From Pelagibacteraceae bacterium AG-404-P07 (GTDB taxonomy: Bacteria; Pseudomonadota; Alphaproteobacteria; Pelagibacterales; Pelagibacteraceae), in the NCBI GenBank assembly GCA_003216235.1, contig QCJE01000003.1:5542-69541 (forward strand): a DNA stretch of 64,000 bases, given 5' to 3'. The stretch's first letter is position 1; every line of letters starts with the position of its first letter. The notes below the pieces were generated by a model, which saw nothing but the letters and a program-made list of their open reading frames with translations, was not told where the DNA came from and did no database searches. Shown here one piece after another: positions 20,787 to 30,205 of this stretch. Position numbers and translations under genes: made by a program.

Positions 20787-22205
20787 ATGGAAAATAATTT
20801 AAGTATTGTAAAAGATAAATTTAAAGAATTACCCAATAACATTGAAGCTGAACAATCAGTTATTGGTTCAATTTTGGTAACAAATGAAATATTTGATGAA
20901 ATAAATACAATTATTTCAAGTTTAAATTTTTATGATCCAATGCATCAAAAAATATTTGGAGCAATAGAAAATCTTATTTACAAAGGAATGCTTGCCAACC
21001 CGATTACTTTAAAAAGTTTTTTTGAAGATGAAAAAGATGATCTAAATGTACCAGAATATTTGGTAAAGATTACTAAATTCTCTACATCAACAAGACAGGC
21101 TATTGAATATTCAAAAATTATTTATGACATGTTTGTTAGAAGAGAGTTAATTAAAATTTCTGAACAAACAATCGACTCTGCAAAAATAAGTGATCTTAAT
21201 ACAAATGGCCAAACAATAATTGAAAATTCAGAAAGATTGTTATTTGATCTTGCTGAAAAAGGTTCTTTTAATTCTTCTCTAATGAAATTTGACGAAGCAA
21301 TGAAACAAACAATTGAAATGGCTTCAGCAGCATATAAAAATGAGGAGGGTATTGTAGGGGTTCCTACTGGCCTTCGAGATCTTGATGATAGACTCGGAGG
21401 TTTACATCAATCTGATTTAGTCATAATTGCTGGAAGACCATCTATGGGTAAAACCGCATTAGCAACAAATATTGCATTTAATGCAGCTCAAAAATTACAA
21501 GATAATGGAAAAAAATCTTCAATTGCTTTTTTTTCACTAGAAATGTCATCTGAACAGTTATCAACAAGAATTCTAGCAGAACAGTCAAGAATTAAATCTA
21601 ATGACATTAGGCGTGGAAGAATTTCAGATGAACAATTTGATAAATTTATAGAAACTTCAAAAAATATTTCAGAGTTACCATTATATATAGATGAAACTCC
21701 AGCAATAAGTATTGCTGCCATGAGTAATAGAGCTAGAAGAATTAAAAGATTGTATGGGCTTGATATGATAGTAGTAGATTACATTCAATTAATGAGAGGA
21801 ACTTTTAATAATAAAGATGGAAGAGTACAAGAAATTTCGGAAATCACGCAAGGTCTTAAAGCAATAGCAAAAGAATTATCTGTACCAGTTGTTGCACTAT
21901 CCCAGCTATCAAGAGCAGTTGAACAAAGAGATGATAAGAAACCTCAATTATCGGATCTAAGAGAATCAGGATCAATAGAACAAGATGCTGATGTCGTGAT
22001 GTTTGTCTACAGAGAAGCTTATTATTTAGAGCGTAAAGAACCTCGACCAGCAACTGTAGAACATGCTGAGTGGCAGGCAAAAATGAATGAGATTTCTAAT
22101 CTCGCAGAAATCATTATAGGTAAACAAAGACATGGACCAACAGGAAATGTAATGCTTGAATTTGAGGCAATGTTTACCAAATTTAAAGATACTCAAAATA
22201 GTTAA
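20787..22205 (+). CDS. dnaB: Replicative DNA helicase
   Basis: Motifs AGRPSMGKT, FSLEMS, VDYIQLM, SQLSR, DLRESGSIEQDAD and KQRHGP; no intein. Confidence 0.98.
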   Translation: MENNLSIVKDKFKELPNNIEAEQSVIGSILVTNEIFDEINTIISSLNFYDPMHQKIFGAIENLIYKGMLANPITLKSFFEDEKDDLNVPEYLVKITKFSTSTRQAIEYSKIIYDMFVRRELIKISEQTIDSAKISDLNTNGQTIIENSERLLFDLAEKGSFNSSLMKFDEAMKQTIEMASAAYKNEEGIVGVPTGLRDLDDRLGGLHQSDLVIIAGRPSMGKTALATNIAFNAAQKLQDNGKKSSIAFFSLEMSSEQLSTRILAEQSRIKSNDIRRGRISDEQFDKFIETSKNISELPLYIDETPAISIAAMSNRARRIKRLYGLDMIVVDYIQLMRGTFNNKDGRVQEISEITQGLKAIAKELSVPVVALSQLSRAVEQRDDKKPQLSDLRESGSIEQDADVVMFVYREAYYLERKEPRPATVEHAEWQAKMNEISNLAEIIIGKQRHGPTGNVMLEFEAMFTKFKDTQNS

Positions 22206-22223
22206 ATTCAAATATAAAAGGGT

Positions 22224-24611
22224 ATGTTCACCCAATTTTATCAAAATATAATTATTAAAAATCCAAAGTTTATTTTTATTGTTTTGTTAATTGCTTTACT
22301 TAATTTTGGATATTATTCAAAAGATTTTAGATTAGATGCATCATCAGAAACTTTGCTAATTGAAGGAGATCCAGATTTAAAATACCTTCAAGAAATATCA
22401 GAAAAATATGGTTCTAAAGAATTTTTGATTTTAACCTATACTCCAAATGATGGTATGATTACTGATACCTCAATTAATAATCTTTTAAGTCTTAAATACA
22501 AAATTCAAAGTTTAGACTGGGTGCATAATGTTGTTACCTTACTAGATATACCTCTATTAGATAACTCAGAAGCACCTCTTCAAGAGAGATTAGAAAATTT
22601 CAAAACACTCAAAGACGATGATGTTGATAAATTAAGAGGTTTCAAGGAAATAGTTAGTAGTCCAGTATTTAAAAATTTTGTGATAAGTGAGGATGGTAAA
22701 ACAAGTGGCATTATAGTTTATTTAAAAGAAATTGATCCATTAAATGATATAGAAAATAAATCTAAAAAAGATATAGAAATTTACAGAGATAAAGTAAAAA
22801 AACAAAATCACAATAATATTCTAGAGATAAGAGAAGTAATAAAGAGTTATGAGAATATTGGAAAAATACATTTAGGTGGAATACCTATGATCGCTGATGA
22901 TATGATGACATTTATTAAAAGTGATATAATAGTTTTTGGTTTTGGAGTTTTATTATTTATAATTGCAACACTATGGTATGTTTTTCGTAAACTAATTTGG
23001 ATTTTAGTTCCGATAAGCAGCTGTTTATTTTCGGTTGTTATTATGACTGGGTTGCTTGGCTTATTGGGTTGGAAAGTAACAGTCATATCCTCAAATTTTA
23101 TTGCTTTAATGTTAATTTTAACTATGGCCATGAACATTCATATGAGCACAAGGTTTTTACAACTCAAAGAAAACTTTCCAAATAAAACTATTTTAGATTT
23201 ACTTATTTTGACGACACAAAAAATGTTTTGGCCAATTTTGTATACAGTTTTAACAACAGTTATAGCTTTTTTATCTTTAATATTTAGTGAAATAAAACCA
23301 ATTATTGATTTCGGATGGATGATGACAATGGGTTTAATAATATCTTTCATTATTACTTTTACTTTACTCCCAACCTTAATTAATTTTGTAACTGAAGAAA
23401 ATATTTCATTAAATAAATATAAAGAATCAAAAATAACTATATTCTTCTCAAAAATTTCTGAAAAATACCAAAAATCAATTTTTGTAGTCACAGGATTGGT
23501 GATAATTTTAAGTGTTACAGGTATTAGCCGACTTGAAGTTGAAAACAGTTTTATAAATTATTTTAATAAAGATACTGAAATTTATAAGGGAATGAAGTTA
23601 ATTGATGAAGAACTTGGAGGAACTACTCCATTAGAGGTAATTATAAAATTTCCAGAGAAAGAGTTAAAAACTGATGATGAGGATGAATTTGAAGATTGGG
23701 ATAATGAAAATGATAATAAAAATAATGACAAATATTGGTTTACAAAAGATAAGATAGATAAGATAACTTCAGTTCACAATTACTTAGATAGTTTACCGGA
23801 GACTGGAAAAGTTTTATCCTTTTCTTCAATTATTGATGTTGCTACCTCATTAAATAATAATAAACCTTTAGGCACTTTGGAAATGGGAGTTTTGTATTCA
23901 AAAATTCCTGAAAGTATAAAAACAGAAATAATAGATCCATATATATCTATCAAAGATAATGAAGCAAGAATAAATCTAAGAATAATAGATTCACAAAAAA
24001 ATTTGAGAAGAAATGAATTAATTAAAAAAATTAATTATGATCTAAAAAATAAAATAGGATTAAATGATAAAGAATTCAAATTAGCTGGAGTTTTAATTCT
24101 ATTTAATAATCTTCTTCAAAGTTTATTTAAATCACAAATATTAACTTTAGGACTTGTCATGATAGGTATATTTGCAATGTTTCTAATCCTTTTTAAAAAT
24201 ATTAAATTATCCTTAATTGGTGTCGTGCCTAATTTTATTGCTGCCTTTTTTATTTTAGGAATTATTGGTTTATTAGGAATTCCACTAGATATGATGACTA
24301 TTACTATAGCTGCAATAACTATAGGAATAGCTGTTGATAACAGTATTCATTATATTTATCGTTTTAAGGAAGAATTTAATAATTTAAAAAATTATAGTGA
24401 AACTATAAAAATTTGCCATTCAACTGTTGGTACAGCTATTTTAAATACTTCTATAACAATCGTTTTTGGTTTTTCAATTTTAGTTTTATCTAAATTTATT
24501 CCTACAATTTACTTTGGGATTTTTACAGGTATTGCAATGTTATTAGCAATGATATCTGTTCTCACTTTATTACCTGCTTTAATCTTGTTCATCAAACCAT
24601 TTGAAAAATAA
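22224..24611 (+). CDS. MMPL/RND-family membrane transporter
   Basis: Two-fold repeat of TM plus large periplasmic loop plus five TMs; GIAVDNSIHY motif in the second half. Confidence 0.85.
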   Translation: MFTQFYQNIIIKNPKFIFIVLLIALLNFGYYSKDFRLDASSETLLIEGDPDLKYLQEISEKYGSKEFLILTYTPNDGMITDTSINNLLSLKYKIQSLDWVHNVVTLLDIPLLDNSEAPLQERLENFKTLKDDDVDKLRGFKEIVSSPVFKNFVISEDGKTSGIIVYLKEIDPLNDIENKSKKDIEIYRDKVKKQNHNNILEIREVIKSYENIGKIHLGGIPMIADDMMTFIKSDIIVFGFGVLLFIIATLWYVFRKLIWILVPISSCLFSVVIMTGLLGLLGWKVTVISSNFIALMLILTMAMNIHMSTRFLQLKENFPNKTILDLLILTTQKMFWPILYTVLTTVIAFLSLIFSEIKPIIDFGWMMTMGLIISFIITFTLLPTLINFVTEENISLNKYKESKITIFFSKISEKYQKSIFVVTGLVIILSVTGISRLEVENSFINYFNKDTEIYKGMKLIDEELGGTTPLEVIIKFPEKELKTDDEDEFEDWDNENDNKNNDKYWFTKDKIDKITSVHNYLDSLPETGKVLSFSSIIDVATSLNNNKPLGTLEMGVLYSKIPESIKTEIIDPYISIKDNEARINLRIIDSQKNLRRNELIKKINYDLKNKIGLNDKEFKLAGVLILFNNLLQSLFKSQILTLGLVMIGIFAMFLILFKNIKLSLIGVVPNFIAAFFILGIIGLLGIPLDMMTITIAAITIGIAVDNSIHYIYRFKEEFNNLKNYSETIKICHSTVGTAILNTSITIVFGFSILVLSKFIPTIYFGIFTGIAMLLAMISVLTLLPALILFIKPFEK

Positions 24612-24616
24612 AAATA

Positions 24617-25162
24617 ATGATTGAAACCCTGCAGGAATTTTACAATTCAGTATCGATGATTGACTTAATTTATTTAGTTATTACCATTATGTCTTTGATA
24701 AAATGTTATAGTAAAGGCTTTATACTAAGTATTTTAGCTATGTCAAAATGGTTATTGGCATATATTGTAACGTTAATCATTTTTCCAAGATTAAAACCCT
24801 TTCTAGAAGATGTAATTGATAATGAATATGTTTTAGACATTGGTCTAGGTATCACAATATTTATTGTAGTAATCTTTTTTGTTTTATTAGTTAATAAAGG
24901 AATAAGTAAAGCAGTCAGATACACAGGTCTTGGAAGTCTAGATACTATTTTTGGACTCTTTTTTGGATTCGTAAGATCCTATATTATTGCTGTTTGTATA
25001 TTTTCAGGAATACATATCATTTATAACTATGATAAATGGCCAATAAATTTAGATAAATCATTCATCTTTCCTTACTTGGAAAAAGGTAGTAATTATTTGT
25101 TAAAAGAATTTCCTGATGAAAAAACATACCAAGATTCAAAAGAAAAAATTAATGAACTTTAA
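24617..25162 (+). CDS. cvpA: CvpA family membrane protein
   Basis: ID...GF N-terminus and D...G.FFGFVRS motif; directly upstream of purF. Confidence 0.88.
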   Translation: MIETLQEFYNSVSMIDLIYLVITIMSLIKCYSKGFILSILAMSKWLLAYIVTLIIFPRLKPFLEDVIDNEYVLDIGLGITIFIVVIFFVLLVNKGISKAVRYTGLGSLDTIFGLFFGFVRSYIIAVCIFSGIHIIYNYDKWPINLDKSFIFPYLEKGSNYLLKEFPDEKTYQDSKEKINEL

Positions 25163-26597
25163 TCCAAAAATCAAAGAGGAATGTGGTGTATTTGGAATAA
25201 GTAATGCTAAAGATGCATCAGCTCTAACTGCACTTGGTCTTCATGCTCTTCAGCATAGAGGTCAGGAAGGTTGTGGAATAGTAACATTTGATGGAAATCA
25301 TTATTTTTCTGAAAAAAGATTTGGTTTAGTTGGAGATAATTTTAATAAAGAAAAAATTTTAAAAAAACTAAAAGGAAATTATGCTATTGGGCATAATAGA
25401 TATAGTACCACAGGGGAAAATACATTAAGAAATATTCAGCCTTTTTTTGCTGATACTAATGCTGGAGGTATTGGAGTTGCTCACAATGGCAATCTGACAA
25501 ATTCTATTTTATTAAGAAATAAATTAGTTGAGGAAGGTGCTATCTTTTATACTACATCAGATACAGAAACTATTGTGCAATTGATTGCAAAATCAAAAAG
25601 AAAAAAAACAATAGATAAAATTGTTGATGCAATATTTCAAATTCAAGGAGGATATGCATTAGTTATGTTAACTCAAAATTCATTGATAGGAGTAAGAGAT
25701 CCTTATGGTATTAGACCGTTGGTAATAGGCAAAATAAATAATAGTTATGTTTTGGCCTCAGAAACTTGTGCTTTAGATATAATTGGTGCAAAATTTATTA
25801 GAGAAGTTGAAAATGGCGAAATTGTTTTAATTGAAAACAATGAAATCAAAAGCATAAAACCTTTTCCCAAACAAAAATTAAGACCTTGTGTATTTGAATA
25901 TATCTATTTTTCTCGACCTGACAGTATTTTAGACGGTAAAAGTGCCTATGAACATCGTAAAAATCTTGGTGTTGCGCTTGCAAAAGAAAATAATTTAAAG
26001 GCTGATATAGTTGTTCCAGTTCCAGACTCTGGAAATGCAGCTGCACTTGGTTTTGCTCAACACCTTGGTTTGAAGTTTGAATTAGGTCTTATTAGAAATC
26101 ATTACGTTGGTAGAACTTTCATAGAGCCAAGTCAAAAAATTAGAAGTTTAGGGGTAAAGCTGAAATTAAACGCAAATCAATCAACAATTAAAGATAAAAA
26201 AATAATTTTAGTTGATGATTCTCTAGTCAGAGGCACTACTTCTCATAAAATAATTAAAATGTTATATGATGCAGGTGCCAAAGAAGTTCATGTAAAAATT
26301 GCTTGTCCAGAAATTAAATTTCCAGATTTTTATGGTGTAGACACACCCACTAAAAAAGAATTGTTAGCTGCTAATAAAACAAATGATGAAATTTGTGAAT
26401 ATATTGGTGCTAAGTCTATAAATTTTTTATCATTAGAAGGTTTATATAAAGCAATAGGATTTGATAAAAGAAATGATAATTACCCACAGCTAACAGATCA
26501 CTATTTCACGGGAGATTATCCTGTAAAACTAATCGATGAGCTTAGTGATAGTAAAATTACTCAATTATCTCTACTAAATACAGGATCAAATAATTAA
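25152..26597 (+). CDS. purF: Amidophosphoribosyltransferase
   Basis: EECGVFG (propeptide plus catalytic Cys), LQHRGQE, GHNRYST, HNGN and LVDDSLVRGTT. Start could be 25116 or 25152. Confidence 0.97.
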   Translation: MNFNPKIKEECGVFGISNAKDASALTALGLHALQHRGQEGCGIVTFDGNHYFSEKRFGLVGDNFNKEKILKKLKGNYAIGHNRYSTTGENTLRNIQPFFADTNAGGIGVAHNGNLTNSILLRNKLVEEGAIFYTTSDTETIVQLIAKSKRKKTIDKIVDAIFQIQGGYALVMLTQNSLIGVRDPYGIRPLVIGKINNSYVLASETCALDIIGAKFIREVENGEIVLIENNEIKSIKPFPKQKLRPCVFEYIYFSRPDSILDGKSAYEHRKNLGVALAKENNLKADIVVPVPDSGNAAALGFAQHLGLKFELGLIRNHYVGRTFIEPSQKIRSLGVKLKLNANQSTIKDKKIILVDDSLVRGTTSHKIIKMLYDAGAKEVHVKIACPEIKFPDFYGVDTPTKKELLAANKTNDEICEYIGAKSINFLSLEGLYKAIGFDKRNDNYPQLTDHYFTGDYPVKLIDELSDSKITQLSLLNTGSNN

Positions 26598-27155
26598 ATG
26601 AAAACTGTTAATTTTACAGAAATGAAAAATGGAACTAAAGATGAATATTTATTATTAGATGGATATGAGCAAGACTATATCAAAGGAACAGCTGATAGGG
26701 TTTTAAAATTTATGAAAGGACTCAATCAAACTTTAGAGGGATATAAAATTACAAGGTTGGAACATTCGCTCCAAACTGCAACAAGAGCGTTTAACGATAA
26801 AGCTGATGAAGAAATGGTTGTAGCAGCTTTATTGCATGATATTGGAGATGAACTGGCACCATTAAATCATTCAGAGTATGCTGCAGCAGTACTCAAACCT
26901 TACGTAAGTAAAAAAACCCATTGGATTATTCAAAAACATGGTGAGTTTCAAATGTATTATTATGCCCATCATCTAGGTAAAAATAAAAATCAAAGGGATA
27001 AATATAAGAGTCATGAATATTATAAAGATACTGTAAATTTTTGTGAGAAATGGGACCAAGCCTCATTTGATCCAAATTTTAAAAGTATGACACTAGATGA
27101 ATTTACTCCAATGGTTAAGAGAATATTTTCTAGAAAACCATATTCTTTACTTTAA
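26598..27155 (+). CDS. HD-domain diiron protein, PhnZ/TmpB/MIOX-like
   Basis: Metal ligand pattern LEHSLQ ... LLHDIG ... NHSE ... KHG ... WDQ. Confidence 0.75.
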   Translation: MKTVNFTEMKNGTKDEYLLLDGYEQDYIKGTADRVLKFMKGLNQTLEGYKITRLEHSLQTATRAFNDKADEEMVVAALLHDIGDELAPLNHSEYAAAVLKPYVSKKTHWIIQKHGEFQMYYYAHHLGKNKNQRDKYKSHEYYKDTVNFCEKWDQASFDPNFKSMTLDEFTPMVKRIFSRKPYSLL

Positions 27156-27193
27156 AGTAATCTTACAAAAACTTTTTAGAAAGATCTTTAAAA

Positions 27194-28054
27194 ATGAAAA
27201 ATTTAACTGATCAACAAAAAGGCTCTTTGATGGCTTTTGTGGCAGTAATGTTTATCACGCCTGACTCTTTGTTCATAAGACTTTCAAATGTTGATACTTG
27301 GGGGCTGGTTTTTTATAGAGGAATAATTCCATTTTTCACAGTTTTTTTTGCTATGCTGTTAATTTATAAGTTAAATTTTTTTAATATTCTTTTTAATAGT
27401 GGTTATCATGGGCTTATTTATGTTGGAACATTTAGTTTAACAAATATTACTTTTGTTGTTTCAATACAAAATACAAACGTTGCAAATACACTTGTAATGA
27501 TTGCTACTGCTCCAATGATATCAGCTATTCTCGGAGCAATATTTTTGAAAGAACCACCTGATAAAAAGACTTTGATTTCTATATTCATTACTTTTTTAGC
27601 TATAATCTATATTTTCTCTGACTCATTAAAATTAGGTAATTTTTATGGAGATATATTAGGATTTATCACAGCTCTAGGATTGGCAGTAGGTGCTGTAACT
27701 ATAAGATCCGCAAAAACAAAAAATTTAGTTCCAGCAGCTGTGGTTGGAAAATTATTTGTTGCTATTTTTGCTTTATTTTTTATTGAGAGCTTTCTTTTAA
27801 TTGATAATGACCTATTAATTATTCCATTGATGTGTATTCTTTGTGTTGCAATACCTTTTGTTTTGGTAACTATAGCTCCAAGATTTATACCTGCCGCGGA
27901 GGTAAATTTATTTTTTCTATTAGAAACTATTATTGGTCCTATCTGGGTGTGGTTGATAATTAAAGAGCAACCAAGTATTGAGACCCTATATGGTGGAGCA
28001 ATTATAATTGTTACTATTGCTATCCATTCGTTTTTAAAATTAAAAAAGACTTAA
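27194..28054 (+). CDS. DMT/EamA-family transporter
   Basis: About 10 TM segments in two repeats; VANT and AAEVNL..LLETIIGPIWVW motifs. Confidence 0.88.
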   Translation: MKNLTDQQKGSLMAFVAVMFITPDSLFIRLSNVDTWGLVFYRGIIPFFTVFFAMLLIYKLNFFNILFNSGYHGLIYVGTFSLTNITFVVSIQNTNVANTLVMIATAPMISAILGAIFLKEPPDKKTLISIFITFLAIIYIFSDSLKLGNFYGDILGFITALGLAVGAVTIRSAKTKNLVPAAVVGKLFVAIFALFFIESFLLIDNDLLIIPLMCILCVAIPFVLVTIAPRFIPAAEVNLFFLLETIIGPIWVWLIIKEQPSIETLYGGAIIIVTIAIHSFLKLKKT

Positions 28055-28112
28055 GCTTGTCACAATTAAGACTTGATTTAATAATACATCGCGAATAATT
28101 ACAGTAAATTTT

Positions 28113-29402
28113 ATGAATAAAGTTTTAAAAAATTCTTGGGCATTATTTTTAGGAATGGGTTTTCTAATGATGGCGTATGGATTTCAAGGGTCACTTTTAG
28201 GTGTAAGAGCTGTTCAAGAAGAATTCAGTCTCACAGCTACTGGTTTTATGATGTCAGGATATTTTATTGGTTATTTTATTGGTGCTGCGACAATTCCAAA
28301 TATCATCTCAAGAGTTGGACATATTAGAGTTTTTGCAGCTTTTGCATCTTTAGCATCTTTAGTAATTTTAATGCACTCAGTGCTAATAAATCCTTTTATC
28401 TGGTTCTTACTTAGGGTTTTAACAGGAATAAGTATGGTTTGTATTTACACTGTTGCTGAAAGTTGGCTCAATGATAGATCAAGTAATAAAAATAGAGGAA
28501 GTGTTTTATCAGTTTATATGGTTATTCTCTATGGTGCGATGGGTGTTGGAATGTTTTTGCTAAATTTCAGTAGCCCAAAAAATTTTCAACCTTTTATATT
28601 GGTTTCAGTAATTACATCTGCTGCACTAATCCCTATTTTATTAACAAAAAAGAAACCACCAACTTTTAAAAAAATAAAAGCAATGACTTTAAGAAATCTT
28701 TACGAAGCTTCGCCATTTGGAATGGTTAGTTCATTATTTTATGGGACGATTCAATCAGCTCTCTTTACATTATTGGCTGTTTATGCAACTTCAATGAATT
28801 TTACAATTTTAGAAATTTCTATTGTGACATTTCTGTTAGCAATTTCAGGAGCTATTTCTCAATTTCCGGTTGGAAAAATTTCTGATATGTATGATAGAAG
28901 AAAAGTAATAGTTTTTTCTACTTTTGGTGCAGCAATTTTTGCTCTTTTGGCAATTTCAGTTTCAAGACAAATGTATTTACCAGATGGTCTTGCAACTAGT
29001 AAAACATGGTTTTATATTTTTTTAATACTCTTTTCTTTTTGTAGTTTGCCTATGTTTTCATTAATATTAGCGCACACAAATGATTATATATCAAAAGATA
29101 AATTTGTTGCTGCGGGTGCAGGTCTACAATTTGCATTTGGTCTAGGAGCAATGAGTGGTCCTTTTTTATGTTCAATATTTATGGATTTAGTAGGATCAAA
29201 TGGTTTTTTCATATTTCTATTTATTTTTCATTCCATTATAGGAATATTTGGAATTTATAGGATGAAAGTAAGAGCTACTGTCGACAATCCAGATTCTCAA
29301 TTTGTTGCAATGCCACAAACTATTACACCAGCGGGAATTGAATTAAATCCAACAACAGAACCTATTGATGAACCTACAAAAGAAGAAAGTAAAGTTAATT
29401 AA
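28113..29402 (+). CDS. MFS transporter (YcaD-like)
   Basis: About 12 TMs; RVGHIRVF, ESWLN and GKISDMYDRR motifs. Confidence 0.88.
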   Translation: MNKVLKNSWALFLGMGFLMMAYGFQGSLLGVRAVQEEFSLTATGFMMSGYFIGYFIGAATIPNIISRVGHIRVFAAFASLASLVILMHSVLINPFIWFLLRVLTGISMVCIYTVAESWLNDRSSNKNRGSVLSVYMVILYGAMGVGMFLLNFSSPKNFQPFILVSVITSAALIPILLTKKKPPTFKKIKAMTLRNLYEASPFGMVSSLFYGTIQSALFTLLAVYATSMNFTILEISIVTFLLAISGAISQFPVGKISDMYDRRKVIVFSTFGAAIFALLAISVSRQMYLPDGLATSKTWFYIFLILFSFCSLPMFSLILAHTNDYISKDKFVAAGAGLQFAFGLGAMSGPFLCSIFMDLVGSNGFFIFLFIFHSIIGIFGIYRMKVRATVDNPDSQFVAMPQTITPAGIELNPTTEPIDEPTKEESKVN

Positions 29403-30033
29403 TAACTTTATCAATGCTTTTTGACATCTTAATTAAAACTTCTTTTTTTGATAATTTATCTGTTCTAATTAAAATTGCATCTCTAACTTTTATTAAGGGG
29501 CTATTCTTTCTTTTTTTATCCATTTGAGTTCTCTTCTGAAGAGATTTTTTAACTTCTTTTAATTGAACTTTTTTTTGTAAATCTAACCATCGTCTATAAC
29601 TTGCAACATTTAAACTACATTTGAAATAAAAGGCTATATCATATTTAGGTTTTGTAGCTAAAATTTTACTAGCTATATCTCTCCCTTCAACACAGATTTT
29701 TTTATTACTTTTTATAATTTTTTTTTGAAATTGATTAACAATTTGTCTCACTTTTTTATTAGTAGCAAGTACTGCAACGTGATTGCTTATCTGCTCCGTG
29801 TGTAAATTTTGTTTAGCGATTTTGTTATAAGAAATATTTTTAAATTTTTTCTTTAAAAAAGTTATGGGATTTTTTGGCTTATAATTTATTATTAATTTAC
29901 TTCCATACCTGTATAGTAAACCAGAGTTGAACAATAAAAGTTTGTATTTTTTTGATGCTAATTTTGCCGCAGTACTTTTGCCGCTTGCAGCTTCCCCGTC
30001 ACAAGCAATAATTAATCTTTTAAATTTTTTCAC
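29395..30033 (-). CDS. cmk: Cytidylate kinase
   Basis: DGEAASGKST P-loop, SGLLYR, VEGRDIA and R..SPL motifs; GTG start. Confidence 0.85.
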   Translation of the reverse strand: MKKFKRLIIACDGEAASGKSTAAKLASKKYKLLLFNSGLLYRYGSKLIINYKPKNPITFLKKKFKNISYNKIAKQNLHTEQISNHVAVLATNKKVRQIVNQFQKKIIKSNKKICVEGRDIASKILATKPKYDIAFYFKCSLNVASYRRWLDLQKKVQLKEVKKSLQKRTQMDKKRKNSPLIKVRDAILIRTDKLSKKEVLIKMSKSIDKVIN

Positions 30034-30075
30034 AAAATCTTAATATATCTTAATAAATTTAATGCAAAAAAATTA

Positions 30076-30115
30076 TTATCTATTCAATAGATAAGGTGAT
30101 TTATCACTTATAAGT
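30076..30115. repeat. Cluster of three abutting or overlapping inverted repeats in the cmk / coiled-coil-gene divergent region
   Basis: TTATCTATT-C-AATAGATAA (30076-30094), GTGAT-TT-ATCAC (30096-30107) and ACTTATAAGT (30106-30115). Confidence 0.6.
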
Positions 30116-30205
30116 TGTAACTCAAAACAGTCACTAAATGATAAAAAAAGTAATAGTATTGGTTGAATAATTTCAAAATCTTTGTTCAAATTAATTTTTA
30201 TAAAA

